From assembly GCA_964234715.1 (NCBI GenBank), contig OZ174284.1: a stretch of 64,000 nt of DNA. One strand, written 5' to 3'. The first letter of the stretch is position 1; the number at the start of each line of letters is the position of its first letter. This stretch comes from Podarcis melisellensis. Lineage: Eukaryota. Below the pieces are notes generated by a model. That model made no database searches. It was not told the origin of the DNA and worked only from the letters and a program-made list of their open reading frames with translations. Made by a program: the position numbers and the translations under genes. Positions 61,587-64,000 of this stretch are shown piece by piece.

Positions 61587-63301
61587 TAATACTGATTCTA
61601 AATGGCTGGCACCTCTAGGATAGATTCAGTAATTTTAATGTGATCAAGGCAAAACACCGTGTTCAAAATGATACATTTTTATGTTTTGTCCCCAAGAGAT
61701 GGGGAGGCTGACATAGAGGAAGCCAGCATCTAACCAAATAAGAATCTGACTTCTCAGATTTAGTATGCTCACAGGATGAGATACTCAGCCACTGCACTGG
61801 GAAAAGCACTGTGCTATGAGTTGACTTCCTTTGGGGATCATGGACAACAATAACTTTCCTCACCAAGAGATTTATAAGGGAGTAAGGGGTATGTGCTTTT
61901 ACTCTGTTACAGCATGGAATAGCTGCAACCCTTTTCTTGAGCTATTCCCCCCACCTGCTTAAGCTTGAAATACGCAATCAGGAGGCTGACTCGATGCTCC
62001 TACATCTGGTCTGTACCATTCCATCCTGCACATAGGGAAATCAGAAAAAAAGTTCCATCTGCTAAAAAGGGCCTGTTCTACACAACTTAAATATGCAAGA
62101 GGACGCCTGTTCTTTTTTCACTTGGCCATGCAACTGCACATTCAAAATTGTCATGGTAGGCAGAAAGTTAGTGTTACTGTATGTTGAAACAACATTAATG
62201 AACAAATAGCTAACTTTTACAATAGGCATGCTCACTGCCTGCATCTTGAAAAACTCGCCTTTACATTCCCCCCACAATGATATGATGTTGCAGATGATAA
62301 AGCACTGTGGAAATGTCTGGGTTTTTATATGTAGCTTAGAAATCTTTTATAAAAAATAATAATTAGTGTTGTGCTCTGCCTCAACTTTAATTGTTCAGGG
62401 TTCTGCTCTAGAGATAATTTTCTTGTGCAGCCAGTATTCTGAGCCAACCTACTAATAGCAGCAGCTGATGGTCTTGCCCATGCTTCAGTTTAAATCTGGG
62501 AAGCTTTGTTCATACCTGACTGAACAAATGAACATTTCCCACACAAATCATTACTGTTCCTGCTGAACACTTCATTGCTGCCTTTGTTTCTGACAATAGA
62601 TTATTACTCATGTGAATAAAATGCTGTAATTAATTTGGAGACAATTTGCTTCCTTCTTAAATGGCAGCAATTACATTGTTTAGCTTGTCCTTTTTCGCTT
62701 GTTCATCTAAAATACTTTTCATAAAGAAACTGTGAAAGCCTAAAATGTACAGGATGCCCTGGGATTTTATGTATGTTCGCATTCATTAGCACCCTGATCT
62801 GAAACACATTTTCTTGGGAGCTGGTCCTGTTTATTTTAGTTAACTTTGTCCAGTAAGATATTTAGAAGAGTGGCATGCTTGCATGAGGACACGTTCAGTG
62901 GGACCTACCTCCAAAATAAACATGTATGCGAGCTCTGGCTGCAAATCTTATTAACAAAAAACGTCGCTCAGCATAAACTGTTCATAAACACTACTTTACC
63001 AGTGTATCACAGAAACATTTCTTCATGTTGCTACTACAGGGAATGGGCAAGTTCACTCCCTGCAGCTTTTAGGAATAAAAAGAAAGACTTGAGAAAATTG
63101 CTGGTGTTGTTGCAAAATTCCGACCCTCCCTGCCTGATTGTCCATCCATCCATCCCCATTTACTGCCGTAAAGTCTAGAAAACAGAAGACCTCCATTATT
63201 ACACCTGCTAGCATTCTACAGATCTGAATTTTTTTATCCCAAGAGACTGTGCCTTTCACATATTGTGTGTATGTGTATCATGCTCTCTGTTTCCTTTCCA
63301 G

Positions 63302-63373
63302 GGGGTTTCATAGTAATAATATCAAGTCAATACCTGGACAGGCATTTGTGGGCAATCCATCCCTTATAGCAAT
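63302..63373 (+). CDS. LGR5: LGR5 coding exon 8 (72 nt); gene continues beyond the window
   Basis: Acceptor tttccag; GFHSNNIKSIPGQAFVGNPSLIA(I); donor gtaagt. Confidence 0.96.
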
Positions 63374-63921
63374 GTAAGTAGTATCAGTTCACCTTTAATA
63401 GAAAATGTGAAATTAATTACTAAATTTCGTTGTGTATCTTGCTTCTCTGCTTTCTGTGAGCAGGCCATTGCTTCTCAGGCTTTATGAAATCTCGCCCCCC
63501 CCCCCTTTGTACACATTAAAATCAAGGTTGGGAAATCCAAATTTTGAGCTCCAGCTCCCAACAGACACATACATGATACAATGACATTTGGAAGGCGAAA
63601 AAGTGAATAAAATGCCATTTTATAAAGAGTTACTTGTGTAAAAGGCCTTACATAGTTTCTCTTTATATTCAAACCAGGAAACTGTTTACCAGGTTGACGT
63701 TGGTTTCAGATCCTGTTTCCCCCCGTAACCTGATAACGCTAGTTTCCACATTTGGAAAACAGAGCATGCTGGCACAAGTCTTGTGCATATCTCTGCTTAA
63801 TAAAGTGAGATATGTTAGTGCAGAAACAAGATGGGAGAGTTTCGCTAGGCTAGTATGAACACTATCTTCCTAATCATTTCTTACTCTGAATGTGTGAGGT
63901 GTGTTCAATTCCATCCCTGCC

Positions 63922-63922
63922 T

Positions 63923-63953
<31 letters not shown>

Positions 63954-63956
63954 TTT
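63922..63956. repeat. (TTTA)n repeat, probable tail of a minus-strand L2/SINE running off the window
   Basis: Directly visible; followed by cctgcccttca, as at ~41590. Confidence 0.8.
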
Positions 63957-64000
63957 GTTCATTAATTTATTTCCTGCCCTTCACTCTGATGTCTCTAGGC

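Noticed and set aside
10184-63373. LGR4 or LGR6 instead of LGR5
   Set aside because: MDTS start, [35 protein letters not shown] and AFVGNPSL follow the remembered LGR5 sequence rather than its paralogs; a BLASTP would confirm.

Overview
Vertebrate genomic DNA. The repeat content (Sauria SINEs, BovB, tRNA/CR1-tail SINEs, L2, TA-flanked and hAT MITEs) points to a squamate, probably a lacertid lizard (inference). The only gene is the 5' half of LGR5, the R-spondin receptor and Wnt stem-cell marker, on the + strand. It has a CpG-island promoter at about 9.2-10.9 kb and eight coding exons: 10184-10410, 34440-34511, 40704-40775, 42850-42921, 53762-53977, 56227-56298, 57030-57098 and 63302-63373. 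These splice with GT-AG phase-2 junctions into 872 nt of open frame encoding a signal peptide, LRRNT cap and leucine-rich repeats, and the gene continues past the window. The rest is upstream sequence and introns rich in transposon relics, with a 140-N assembly gap. Most ORF-track entries are noise or TE fragments. The most notable observations are: (1) SINE-like elements sharing one CR1-type tail but carrying three different tRNA heads (Lys, Ile, Asn); (2) an upstream ATG whose out-of-frame ORF overlaps the LGR5 start; (3) a small palindromic element family carrying CTCF-like cores; (4) a 3'-truncated U6 retrocopy with an 11-bp TSD; (5) a young 93-bp MITE next to the promoter; and (6) several candidate Wnt/ASCL2/Notch enhancer motif clusters. 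All family assignments were made by eye from remembered consensus sequences, with no database search. Nothing here is demonstrably a new biological system; item 1 is the best candidate.
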